A DNA stretch of 64,000 bases from Dipteris shenzhenensis (taxonomy: Eukaryota): assembly GCA_047967505.1 (NCBI GenBank), contig CM106538.1, one strand, 5' to 3'. How positions within the stretch are numbered: the first letter of the stretch is position 1; each line of letters begins with the position of its first letter. A program made the translations under genes and the position numbers. The notes under the pieces were generated by a model that saw only the letters and a program-made list of their open reading frames with translations, was not told the origin of the DNA and ran no database searches. Positions 37,475 to 50,194 of this stretch are shown piece after piece.

Positions 37475-38139
37475 TACGAAGGTTTATTTTGGGAGTGGGT
37501 TAACAACAGTGGGTTACGTTTTACTACTCTAATTGATGGCTGCTGAGGCGAGAGTAAAACAGTACCCAGTGGTGGAACGGCGAGTGTCTGAATCGTGGAA
37601 TCACTCCAACCTAAAGGCTGGATCCTGGAATTCTGCTTTGACTGATAGAACAACCCTCGATTGCGAGACCCTTGAAGATAGCGAAGGATCCGCATACCAG
37701 CATCCCAATGGGTCTTCTTAGGTGTTTGCACTCCATTGGATCACTGGGGTCATACTTGGACAATTTGGTACTGGGGTCCGCTCCAGTCCTTTTCTTTTCT
37801 TTTCATTGTTACATCCAGATGTATTTGATTATGTATGATCAGACTTAGGGTTCAGCACGGGTGATGATGCTCGTTTCAGTAGCTCCACCCTTACTGTGAT
37901 TTGTATCAGGTTTTCTTTCAGTCTCATAGACCCATCGGTCTTCTGAAGACTCTAATAAAATTTCTCTCTTTCTTTTTCTTTCTGACATATGAAAAGCCTC
38001 CAGACGCTCGAGTGAAACGTTTGTGGGAGTCTGGGACACAAAATATCCTTTTGTCCCCTGTGAAATCTCCAAACCCAGGAAGAAGTGTAGGAGATCGAGA
38101 TCTGTCATCTCAAAGGCCTGGGAAAGATCTGCCTTGGTC
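37475..38139 (-). mobile_element. Copia C, distal RT/RNase H piece
   Basis: KADLSQAFEMTDLDLLHFFLGLEI and PKKTHWDAGMRILRYLQG continue the RT broken at 58886. Confidence 0.85.
37776..37983 (+). mobile_element. ~200-bp LINE 3'-end insertion in copia C
   Basis: CAGTCTCATAGACCCATCGGTCTTC.GAAGAC...TAATAAA is shared with 63659-63700. Confidence 0.7.
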
Positions 38140-40589
38140 AAGATGGGTCTGAACAAAGCTGTGAGGGGCTATAGCCTGTTCAAGGGCCTGCTTCCCGGAC
38201 CGAATGCACTGGTAGCAAGTGGCTCGGGCTGGGTGTGACTCTTGCTTCCTTTTGTTCGTCGAACGAGTCCGGATCTCGTCTTCGTGTGACGGGCTGTCTG
38301 CAAGCCTTGTTGCGAGGGCTGGCGTGTTAGAAAAGTCACTGCCCCACCTGTGAGCCCCTGTTTTGAGGGGACAAGGGGGGCAGGGGACTGCAGGGGGGTA
38401 GGGGACAGAGTACCTACCAGGCTGGAAACCCGTGGGGTAGGGGACAGAGTACCTACCAGGCTGGAAACCCGTGCAGCAGAGGAGAGGGGCGCAGCCCTTC
38501 TACGCAGCATATGGAGCTGGAAATGGCGGTGCCTAGGCTCTGCATCAGCAGCCCATGTGCTGGGCACATGAGCCCCTTTTATAGGGCTGGCCCAAGCCAG
38601 CCAACCAGGTCGGTGGAGGCCAGCCTACAGGTCGGTGCTGCAAGCAGGGGGCCGACCCCCTGCTGGCCGGTTTTTACAGCCCCAAGCAGGGCCTATATAA
38701 AGGCCCCTTTGCCCCCCTCATTTCTCATCACCTGCACTTACAGCCTTGCACACAGGCAAGCGTGCAGAGGAAGAGAAGTGACTTAGCATTTGACAGCATC
38801 CTTTGGCTGTTTGTACCTACTCACCCGTTGAGCTTTTGTCTGCCCACGATTGTGGAAGAATATATATCTGAGTTTTTGACTATCTCTTTCTTAGATCGGG
38901 AGTGAGGTGTGAGTGATTCTATCCTCTATTTCCAACGTGGTATCAGAGCTAGGTTCACCTTTATTACAGCAAGGATGGAGGACAAGGATTCTACTGTTGC
39001 CTCTTCAGCCCCATTTCTTTCTTCCTCCTCCTCCAGATCCGTCTCATTCATTATCCCGAACTTCGAAGAGTCAGGGAAGCTAGACGGGTCAAACTACCTG
39101 ATCTGGAAGATGAAAATCTGGAGCCATGTAGTGGCCCGGAAGTTGTGGAAGCTAACAACGGGGGTGGAGGCAAAACCGGAAGACTTGCTGGACAGCAAGG
39201 GGAAGATGGTCATTCCAGTGGATGGTGAAGAGCTTGAGAATTGGGAAGAGAGAGATGCCCACTCCCTAGCATTAATCATTAGGACCACGGCGGACTCAGT
39301 TCTTCCGCAGATCTAGATGGCCGAGACGTCTGTAGAGGCGTGGGCTATCTTGAAAGATTTGTATGACACTGACAATACATCTCGAATTTTGATGCTCCAA
39401 CATCAACTGTATAATTTGGACATGACTGAGGTAGACAATGTTCATGACCATCTGACAAAAGTCAAGGTGGTAAGGGACCAGCTCGCGGTAATTGGTCAGA
39501 AGGTAGATTCAAGTCAACTGGCATTGTTGAATTTACATAAGCTACCTCGAAGTTTTAAGAGTTTCGTGACTACGGTCACTGCAGGACAGAGGACCAAGCC
39601 TCTCACCTTCGAGGAGCTTGGGCCTTTACTATTGTAGGAAGAGGCTCGGGAAAAATTGTTTACTCAATCGGACGAGAAGGCTCTCGTGGCAAGGGACAAG
39701 CCCGGCAAGGGTAAGTTTAAAGACTCTAAGAACCAAAGCAAGACCGAGGATGCAGAGAAAAAGAGGTAGATGAAGTGCTTCTACTGTGAGAAGCTTGGTC
39801 ATTCTGCTAAAGAGTGCCGCAAGAAGAAGGAGGACCTCAAGAAGGAGTAGTCCAAGTCCAAGGAGGAGCCAAAGACTGAATCGGCAAACGTCACGATTGG
39901 CGCTCTCTTCATCATCAGTGAGTATTGCTCTGCTTATGTAGTCAGTGAAGGAGAGGAAGGTTGGTATGTGGACAATGGAGCTTCAAAGCACATGTCCAAC
40001 AAGAAGGAGTGGTTCAAAACCATGGAAGGTACACATTTCGATTCCAAGGTCACTGTTGGGGATAACCGGTCATGCCCTATGAAGGGTGTCGGTAGTATTC
40101 CATTCATCACGACTGCAAGAAACGAGGAGTTGATTTCGTGTGTACTGTATGTACCGAATTTGTGCAAGAACCTGTTGTTTGTTAGTCAGATGGACAAGCA
40201 CAATATGTCGGTCTTATTCGACAACGGCAAGGTCACTGTCACATCCAAGGCAAACGGACAGGTGGTGGCTCAAGGTGTTGAGGAGCATGGGCTATATCGG
40301 CTCAACGCTTTGTTGGTGCACGGGGACCATGGCATATCCAGATTATGGCATGAGTGGTTCGGTCAGGTCAACTATGGCACTCTCTCCGAGATGCAGAAGA
40401 CAAAGATGGTGGATGGACTTCCACCGATTGCAGGCAAAGATCGTGTCCGCAGGGCTTGCGTGGAAGGTAAGCAACACAGGGACAAGTTTCCACAGGAGGC
40501 CCCATTATGGGCCAAGAAGCTGCTCGAGTTGGATCACGCCGACATCTGCGGTCCAATGTCGACAAATTCATTCGCAGGTTCGCGGTATT

Positions 40590-40980
40590 CTCCCTGCGCT
40601 ACCCCTACGCTACCCCTTGCTTTCTCCTTGCGCTACCCCCTCTGCTAACCCCTCCGTACCCCCTCACTACCTCTGCTACCCCCCCTGCTACCTCTGCTAA
40701 CCCCCTCCGCTACACCCTTCACTACCCCCGCTACCCCCCCGCTACCCCCTCTGCTACCCCCCGCTACCCCCTCCACTACCTACCCCCTCCGCTAACCCCC
40801 CTCGGCTACCTCGCTACCCCCCGACTACCTCGCTATCCTATCGCTATCCGCCCTGCTACCTCGCTACCCCCCCCCCCCCCCCCCTCGCTACCCCCTCTGC
40901 TACCCCCTCCGCTAGCTACCCCCTCTGTACCCTCCCGCTACCCCCTCTGTACCCTCTCGCTACCCCCCCCTCCCCCCCTG
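40590..40980. repeat. C-rich degenerate (CGCTACCCC)-like array
   Basis: Dozens of GCTACCC variants, read directly. Confidence 0.9.
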
Positions 40981-40999
40981 TTTATTTTATTTAAATAAA

Positions 41000-43900
41000 A
41001 AAAAAAGAAGAAAACCCAGGGGGGGGAAACAGCAGCTCCGACCTCCTGCAGTCCCTTCTTTGCCCCCATAATGAAGGGAACAGGGGGATGAGGACAGGAG
41101 ACTAAGTGGGAGGACCCTCGATCTAAAACTGCATATGCGTGGAGATGGGGAAGGGGAATGGTGACAAGGCGAAAACACAAAAGCAACTCAATCTGGAGGA
41201 CTTCAACTCAGCAACCGGAGGGGTTTGACAGTGGACAGCACTGCGGTCCAGAAGAAAGGGGCCCACCCAAAGCCCATGCCGCTCACCACATCCTTGACCT
41301 CTATGGTTACCACCACTATTTCACCACCATCATCCGCCTCATCATCTATGCCACCTCTCTCCTCCCCTTCTCCTGCATCATCATCACAGGTCTCCTCTCC
41401 AGTAGCCTCACCATTGGCTCCACCAGCCACGGCTCCACAGTACTTTCCCCTCGTATCACCTCTACCTCTCAGTCAGCCACCCTTCATCACCTCGTCCGAC
41501 CTCGCTACTCCTACGTATCACTCCCCCGCCCAGATCATACTGTCCCCACCCTCAGTACAACCTCAGCAGCCCACCTTCATTCCAACCCCTCTCGAGATCT
41601 AGTTCCCACCTGGACCAGGACATCTTAGGCCCCCGCTAGATGCTTGGGACTCCCTATTGGTTGAGATACACAGCATCCGGGCCCGTCAGGCAGAGCTGAC
41701 ACATTACACCCAGCTCAGACACGACATCACACAGCTTCGAGAGGAGCTCGGGACCCTCGGAGTAGCGCTTGGAGGGATCCCAGTCACAGAGATGGAGGCA
41801 CAGATAGCCACGATACAGTCAGCTATAGCAGAGACGACTAGATGGGTGGACGTGGCAAAATGGGAGCCCGCAAAGGCAACCGTTTCAGTCGCCATACATG
41901 AGTACCAGCGGAGGGCTTCGAAGGCCCTCAACTTCCGGATACGAGGGATCACGCGAGACAGCACCAGCACCACTAGGATGCCCATGGAGGAGGCGATCAC
42001 CTTTGTGACCACCACCTTGGGGGTCCCCGACCATGGCATAGAGGGAGCATGGGGTGTTGGGAGAGATCCCAACCGAGAGCAGCCCCTAGTCATTCGCTTC
42101 AGAGATTCACATGCTCGACTAGCGACACTCCGACGCCGAGCCTCTCTACGAGAGCATCCCACCCTGTCCATGGACGAGGATTTGATACCACTACAGATTG
42201 AGGAGCGACGAGTTCTTCTGCAGTAGCGGGATGTTGCCCACAAGGAGGGGAAATGGGCCGTGGTCCGAGATGGTAGGTTGTTGACTGGCACCCGTCAGGC
42301 TCCCACCCGTACCCCCTAGGGGGATGGGGCCTATGAGACTCACGTTTTCGAGACCCTAGACTGCACCATTTGGAACTGTAATGGTACCTTATGATCAGAC
42401 CCAGGGAACTTCTCGGAGTCTTATACAGGACGAGACATAGTCTTTTACACGGAGGCACACTAGAGCCTAGAGCGTCCACTACTGATAGTCAGTGGCTACA
42501 CATGGGAGTCAGCCTTCAGGGATGAGACGAGGGATACATGAGGAGTCCGAGGATCAGGTGGGGACGCAGTATTGTACAGGTCTTCCCTCGCTGGAGCCAT
42601 CTCCATTGAGAGGAAGGAGGCACACTTCCGATTCATGTGGATCCGGATCCGACGCACAGACACCTGTGACCTTTTCATAGCAATATGCTACTTCCCGCTA
42701 GACACATCCCACTTTGCCATAGTGGCACGAGAAGAGGGTGAGACATCGCCATATGCACCCTCACATCAGGATATCCCAGACCTTTCAGCCCGCGGGGTAG
42801 GACGAGTACGCGACAGGCACCACTCCTGGACTTCCGAGACGACTCTATCATGCTGCCAGACATGGACCTAGACGGAGCAGGTATGACCAGGACCTCATCG
42901 GACCGACAGGGGCCTGTTACACCATATGGACACGCGCTCCTTGATTTGGGCAGGATGCATGATCTCATCATCTACAATGGGCTCGACCTATGGCCCTCCT
43001 CAGGTGGTTTTACTTGCTTCCCACACGGGGGGGGCACTAGTGTAGTAGATTACATCATGGGATCCCCTACCTTCACTTCATGTATCACTGACTTCACCGT
43101 AGCACCACTCCCTCCAGGAGCTGATCACACATACCTATTCTTCACTATCGCCACCCCACGCTTAGCCACACCACACACACCACATAGGAAGCACGACACC
43201 TACCACGACATACACTTTGATCACAGCCTCTTACCGGCCTACTTTGGATGCCTAAACAGACTCCTAACCTACATCGATCACATACCACTCATAGATGACC
43301 GTGTTGCCCTGATTAGTCGCACACTCCACGAGGCTGTCCTCCAAATCTTTCCCCACACCACACGGTCCACTAGACCACTACCTCTTGGTTCTGTACCCTG
43401 CAACAATTGGTACGATGTGGAGTGCAAGGCTTATTGTCGATAGCTCCGACTTGAAACCAGATGTCATCTCTTGAACACACCAGACACGGTACGCAAGTAC
43501 CGACGTCTCGTACATCGGAAGAAGCATGCTTTTCTTCGTCAAAATGAGGAGGAGCTGTTGCACATCTTGTACAACAACAACTCTAAGGATTTTTGGCGGA
43601 GATTCCTTGAGCGTAGGTCCCCATCACCCCTCACCGACACGAGAGTCTGGCACACGTATGCACACCATCTATATGATGTCCCACACCAGCCCACTCCAGA
43701 CCTCATACGCACACCTCGTTGCACCACTTACACGTTGTTCACCAGAGGGGGAGTTAAGGACGCGACATTGAAACTGCACAATGGCGGAGCTAAGGATCAC
43801 GAGGGGCTATGCATTGAGTTTATCGCATATGGGATCGACACGTTAGCCCCGATCCTAGCAAAGCTATTCAATGACGCTGTTTGCCTTGGCTTCCCCCGCA

Positions 43901-44175
43901 CTTGGACACTGAACACCATCACCCCCATCCACAAGGTAGGGGATCCCATGGACCCGAGTAACTACAGGACTATCATGATTGGACATGTGATGTCCAAGAT
44001 CTATGCAGTTGTATTGGATGCATTGGTCAGCCTGTTTGCAGAGATGAGAGGGCTCAGAGGCTCTCGATTCCTCCATGAGGTTGGCAACAGAGGGAGACGA
44101 GCGATGCTGGTATGCACGGACTCACAGATGGTTTGTGAGACTAGGGTTCCACATCGATAGGATACCTCATCCCCA
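41000..44175 (+). mobile_element. RTEX/CR1-like LINE (ORF1, AP endonuclease, partial RT), internally deleted, inside copia B
   Basis: ORF1 NFRIRGI...PLVIRF...SMDEDL; endonuclease WNCNG, DIVFYTE, LIIYNG..FTC...SVVDYI..DH; RT PIHKVGDPMDPSNYRTIMI. It then jumps to 3' sequence similar to ~28150-28220. Confidence 0.85.
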
Positions 44176-45030
44176 TAGCCGGAGCTGTATCTTTGTGGGA
44201 TATAACGAAGAGTCCAAAGCCTATCGCCTATTCGACCCGGACAAGAAGAAGATCCTTATCAGCAGGTCTGACACATGCCTCTTCTCAGGTGGATGTTTTA
44301 AGTCTCCAAATTTTGATGAGAGGTGGAAGGTGGTGGGTCGAAAGGGTAAGGTCCTCCCTAAAGATCTATCTATTTTTGAGGTGATTAATCTAGGTATTTT
44401 GCATGGGGGATCATAGAGGGAACAGCCTAACTCCCTACATATAGAGAAAGTACATTCTAACAGTGAAAGGGTTTGCATGGATGGTCTATAGCCTAGGCCC
44501 TCTACCCCCAACATCATTGTCCCCTGAAGAGGAGATGTGCGAGGCAAAAACCATTAGAAGCCAGGTTTGGAAAGCACAAGCAAGCAGAGGAAACCCTTGG
44601 GCGAGCTCAAGCAATGAGGATCTATATCAATGGATAACACAAAACAAGTATATTATAGTGGCTACCCCACGCTCTTCCTTAGGCCAATCAAATCCAACAA
44701 AAATTTGCATGCTACTTAGAGGCCTTCATCAAATGTCTTATTGATCAAATATCCATGTGAGCTCAAGTAGCTGCCTCATCGAAGTAAGCATCACAATGCT
44801 CAATTGATGCTCATTGATGTGGAGATGCTAGTGCCTTCATCTGAAAATCCTCCTTAAAAACCCAAAGCCTAAGCAAACATGCACACCTCGTATGATAACG
44901 CTATCCTCATTGGCATAGGAGTCAAGAATTTCTTCCTGCAACCCTGCAAACTTGCACCCATGGTAGTTTTTGTTGGGATAAATGTGATCAAGGGCTTGCA
45001 CTAAGGTGCATGTGTGCATCTAGGGGAGTC

Positions 45031-45086
<56 letters not shown>

Positions 45087-45099
45087 TAGAAGCACGCCT

Positions 45100-45370
45100 A
45101 GTGCTATGAGGTATCAAAAACCATGACACAAGCTTCAAGGAAGAACCTAGGAGCTTGAGACTTGGATTGGGTATGGACGGTGTGAACCCATTGGGTCTCA
45201 AAAGCACCTCTTACAGTGTATGGCCAGTGATATTGGTGAATTATAATCTTCCACCCTCTATGGCGATTAAGAAAGGACATGCTATGTTATCCCTTCTAAT
45301 TCCAGGGAAACATAAAGTCAAAAATCCTCATTTTTATTTGGAGCCTTTGATTGACGAGCTAGAGATACTT
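45100..45370 (+). mobile_element. CACTA/En-Spm transposase (Tnp2-family) fragment
   Basis: LRLGLGMDGVNP...YSVWPVILVNYNLPP...LSLLIPG...YLEPLIDEL. Part of a ~1.1-kb composite (44267-45370) splitting copia SR|DVIFEE. Confidence 0.9.
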
Positions 45371-47585
45371 ATGTGATCTTTGAGGAGACCGAGCCACAGC
45401 TTGTAGAAGAGGTTCCAGAACTTCCGGCATTGCCCCCACCCAAGGTCACCATTCGAGAGGTGGAGCCGACTGAAGACCTCGAGAAGGAGGAGCATGCCAT
45501 TCCAGAGCCAGCTCCCAAGTCAATTCCATCAAAAGCACCTCCATCTGAGAAGAAGCTACCTCAATGGTATTTGAAGACGTTAGCAGACTCACGGGTCACG
45601 GACATTCTCGAGAGTAGTTTTGGAGTGCGGCGGTCTCTCAACGAAACATGAAGACTCCCTCCGTGAACTACGCTTGGTAGCTCAGCTTGTGAAGCCCCGT
45701 TCCTCCCAGGAGGCGAAGGATATTCCATAATGGCAGGAAGTCATGCAGGGAGATGGATGCCATTTTGAAAAATGACACGTGGGATTTAGTGCCCAAACCA
45801 ACCAAGCGGAAGGTCATTGGGACTAAATGAGTGTACAAGCTTAAGTTCAAGTCAGATGGGAGCTTGGACAAGTACAAAGCAAGATTGGTGGTGAAAGGCT
45901 ATGCACAATCAGAAGGACTTGACTTCGACGAGACCTTCGCCCCCACAGCTAGGATGGTGACTATTCGGACAGTCATTGCCCTGGCTGCTCATCACAGTTG
46001 GCCTATATGGACGTCAAGTCTGCATTTTTGAATGGTAACCTGGAGGAGGAGGTATATGTGGCACAGCCACCAGGATTTCAGATCCCAGGATCCCCATCAA
46101 AAGTCTGCAAACTGAAGGCCTTATACGGATTGAAACAGGCTCCCAGAGCTTGGTACCAGTGGATATATGTTTTCTTTCAGAAGATCGGGCTTCAACGGAG
46201 TCCATTAGAGGCAAATCTTTATCTCAACACAGAGGGGGATTTGCGGCTGGTATTGAATCTATATGTAGATGACCTCATCATTACTTAGGATCATATGAAG
46301 AAGATTGCTCAGGTCAAGCGACTTCTTATGGAGGAGTTCGAGATGACTGACTTAGGCATACTTCACTACTTTCTTGGGATTGAGGTGAAGCAGGGAAAGA
46401 GCAATATCTTTATTTCACAGGAGAAATATTGCAGGGAACTGCTCAAACGCTTTGAGATGGAAAATTGCAAAGCAGTAGTGACTCTCATGGAAACTGGTCT
46501 GAAGCCGAGTGTGCGTGATCCATCTCAGCCGGTTGATTCATCACTGTATCGACGCTTGGTGGGGAGTTTGTTTTACCTCACCAATACCCGATCATGTATT
46601 TCCTACGCAGTTGGATTGATGTGCCAATTCTCCGCCACACCCAAGAAGGCTCATTGGGACGCAGGTATGAGGGAAGGTACTTGAAGGGTACCTGCACCTA
46701 CGGCATCACTTATACGAGAGGCATTGAGTTGGGAGGTTTATGTGATAGTGATTGGGTAGGTGACATTGATACCTGGAGATCGACCTCTGGATATTGTTTC
46801 TTACTGTCATTAGGAGCTGTGTCATGGCTGAGTAAGAAACAACCTACTGTCGCCCTTTCATCTACAGAGACGGAGTACAGGGCTGCCTGTACAGCAGCAT
46901 GTGAAGCATTGTGGCTTAGGTGGATCTTGGAGGACATGAATGTGGCCCAAGAAGATGCGACTGTGGTTATGTGCGACAACCAGAGTTGCATAGCGATCGC
47001 CAACAACCCCGTGTTTCACGCACGGACGAAGCACATCGAGGTCCATAACCACTTTGTTCGAGAACTCATTGACGAAGAAGTCATAGAGTTGATATAGTGC
47101 CTGACCAACGACAACTTCTCAGATGTCTTCACGAAGGTGCTTCCCAAGGAGCAGATGGAACACCTCATTCGACGCATGGGGATCGGCCCATAGTTGTGTC
47201 ATTGAGAGGGGTTGTTAGAAAAGTCACTGCCCCACTTGTGAGCCCTTGTTTTGAGGGGACAAGGGGGGTAGGGGACAGAGTACCAACCAGGCTGGAAACC
47301 CGCGCAGCAGAGGAGAGGGGTGCGGCCCTTCTACGCAGCATATGGAGCTGGAAATGGCGGCGCCTAGGGTCTGCATCAGCAGCCCATGTGCTGGGCACAT
47401 GGGCCCCTTTTATAGGGCTGGCCTAAGCCAGCTAACCAGGTCGGTGGAGGCCAGCCTACAAGTCGGTGCTGCAAGCAAGGTGCCGATCCCTGCTGGTCGG
47501 TTTTTACAGCCCCAAGCAGGACCTATATAAAGCCCCCTCTCCCCCCCTCATTTCTCATCACCTGCACTTACAACCTTGCACACAG

Positions 47586-48271
47586 TCCTTGCTATGCATG
47601 ATGGAGTTTATGGTTTTCAATCTTATGAGTGACTATCGTGAGATTGAAACTGCACTATGTTGTGTTTTTAGTAGAGGATGAGTTTGGGAATGTTCCTGGA
47701 TTCATCTAGGTATATGCTTCTGCCGTATTAGCGGACATTCAAATTTCACCTTGTGAAGTTTTCGTCCAAGTTGGCCTGCTGGTATTGCGATAATTCTTTC
47801 TATCTTAAATGGTGCGTTGCCCTATCAGCTAGATTTAGATGCTCGTTTGGGAGAGACTAAAATGAAATCATTTAGACTTCACAAGTAGTTGTAGCTTGAA
47901 TGAAGAGAATTTGGACTACTTTTTGATTGGCCTTCTCCTTTAGTGCTAGCTTTCGTCATGGCTGAGTCTGCCCTTCACCTCCGGAGTGCTGATAGAAACT
48001 CAGTATGAAGACTTTGTATAAATGGATGCTCAAGTATGTGTGGGTGTGTGGATTTGTATGTGTGAGAGCATATTTTTATACTATGGTCTACACCCACTGT
48101 TGGGCGCTGATGACGTCAGTGGGGATGTCATAGTAGCTAGTCCTTGCTACGCATGATGGAGTTTATGGTTTTCAATCTTATGAGTGACTATCGTGAGATT
48201 GAAACTGCACTATGTTGTGTTTCTAGTAGAGGATGAGTTTGGGAATGTTCCTGGATTCATCTAGGTATATA
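47586..48271. mobile_element. Unclassified 686-bp non-coding insertion with 130-bp terminal direct repeats
   Basis: Absent from the 5' LTR. Repeats at 47586-47715 and 48141-48270; TSD CTTGCACACAG at 47575-47585 and 48272-48282. Confidence 0.85.
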
Positions 48272-50194
48272 CTTGCACACAGGCAAGCGCGCAGAGGGAG
48301 AGAAGTGGCTCAGCATTTGACAGCATTCTTTGGCTGTTTGTACCTGCTCACCCGTTGAGCTTTTGTCTGCCCACGATTGTGGAAGAATATATATATCTGA
48401 GTTTTTGACTATCTCTTTCTCCGTCTCTTTGAGTGTTGTATGAGCTAGATCGGGAGTGAGGTGTTAGTGATTCTACATGGCGGTCACGCAAGTTCTCTCC
48501 CGAATGCAGGCTCTTCTGGAAATGTGGATGACGAAGTGCATGCTCCTTAGATAGAACGGAATGTGCGTTCAGGCATCAGCTGTTCGAGTTCATCTCTTGT
48601 TTACCATCAGATTCCACCCATCTGTCAGTCACTTTACTGTCAGAAATTCAGAGATTTGCTGAGTATACAAGATGCACCCCTTTGCATAGAAAAAGGGGAA
48701 AACAGATGCATTTTCAGTGCTATCTGCAGCAGCCAGGTCTCAGTTTCTCCTTTGGGCAGCGGCGGCAGGATGGTCTACTTGAGAGACTAGATAGATTCTA
48801 TGTTGGAGATTGGGCCATGCATAGGGGTGGAACCACCGGTATTCTAGCAGGGACTACCCTCTCGAACCACTCCCCTATCGTTCTTCACCTAGAGCAGCCC
48901 CGTCGTGGCCTACCGTAGAGAGGGGTCCACATTCCAGATGCTTTGCTCTTGGAGGAGGAGGTTCAGCAGAGTATTACAGCTATTTGGCACCAGCCTGAGT
49001 CCCCCCCGCAGGGAGGGTGGGCCGTGTGGGCAGCTGAGGCGATTCAGCGGAGCAGTGAGGAGCTTCGCACCCATGCTATGCACCGCTATCATACTCCTCA
49101 GGAGAGAGAGAGGACTTTGCGGCGAGAGTGGGCCTCCATTGAACGTCTTCGGGAGCAGGATTCAGAGTCGCAGTGGTTAGCAGACCGGTATGAGTGCGCT
49201 CGCTTAGAGATTTAGGATACCGAGGTGAGATGGGCTGAGTACTCCTACACTCCTCTAGATCTCAGTGAGTACAACAGGGTGATAGCAGTTCTTTCAGGCC
49301 ATTGGCCCTAGATTAGCCTGCCGCACAATTGCAGAGATTGAGAGACTCTAGTGGGCAGATGCACTTGGATCTGCAAGAGATCTTGGAGCTGATCTCGAAT
49401 TTCTATCGGCGCTTATTCCAGGCCAAGGAGGGGTCCCCGCAGGTTTTGGCAGCCCGAGATTCAGTTTGGGCTCACGTTCCAGAGGTGGTCTCCCGGAGTG
49501 TGAGCAGGCAGTTGGATGCGCCTTTTTCGGATGCGGAGCTTGGGGAGGCCCTTCGGGCTCTTCCATCCTAGAAGTGCCCTGGGGAGGACGGGCTGTCCCC
49601 GGCTTTCTTTAGGTGCTTCTTGGAGTGCATTCATACCCCCCTCCGCTTGGCTTTTCAAGAGATCTTCGACTTGGGCTCTCTCCCTTCAATCCTGAGTCGT
49701 GGCTGGATATGCCTGATCGCGAAAGGGGGGGATCGTTCAGACCTGAGGCAGTGGAGACCGATCACTCTCCTTGACACTGCGTACAAGATCTTGGCCAAGG
49801 TCTTGAGCTTGCGGCTTCGCCCTCACCTAGTGGACATCATCCATGACACCCACACATGTTTGTCTAGTGAGAGATTGAGAGGGAGAGAGATTTGGAGTAG
49901 GGAGTGAAGGAGACACACTCACCGTAGTCACACACCAGTGGGTGGGGATGAAACAATAAGTGGTACCTCCCCAAGTACACACACTAGTATATATATCTGT
50001 GGATAAGACTAGGGCCACTAAGTACCTAAGTACAATGTGTACTTAGTGTACTTAGTAGTACTAGAATAAAACTGTTACAAGGGTGGCCAGTGCCTTTACC
50101 CCAACAACCTCCCACTTAAAGGCAGTGTGCCCATAAGAGAGAGTAAAGAAAAAACAGCAATATACATCATCATGTACAAGACCAATTGGTCTGC

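Larger units (their letters stand above)
38325..48477 (+). mobile_element. Decayed Ty1/copia element B with nested inserts
   Basis: LTRs at 38325-38937 and 47213-48477, TSD TGGCG, PBS TGGTATCAGAGC 38938-38949, PPT TTGAGAGGGG. gag/PR/INT/RT/RH motifs with many stops and frameshifts. Confidence 0.95.

Noticed and set aside
40507-41628. Proline/serine-rich ORFs as extensin-like host genes
   Set aside because: They derive from the C-rich array and the low-complexity start of the LINE ORF1 region inside a copia element.
47586-48271. Hammerhead ribozyme (retrozyme/Penelope-type) in the 686-bp insert
   Set aside because: CTGATGA (~48108) and GAAAC (~48201) are present, as is GGACGAAA on minus, but I could not build helix II or a canonical core on either strand.
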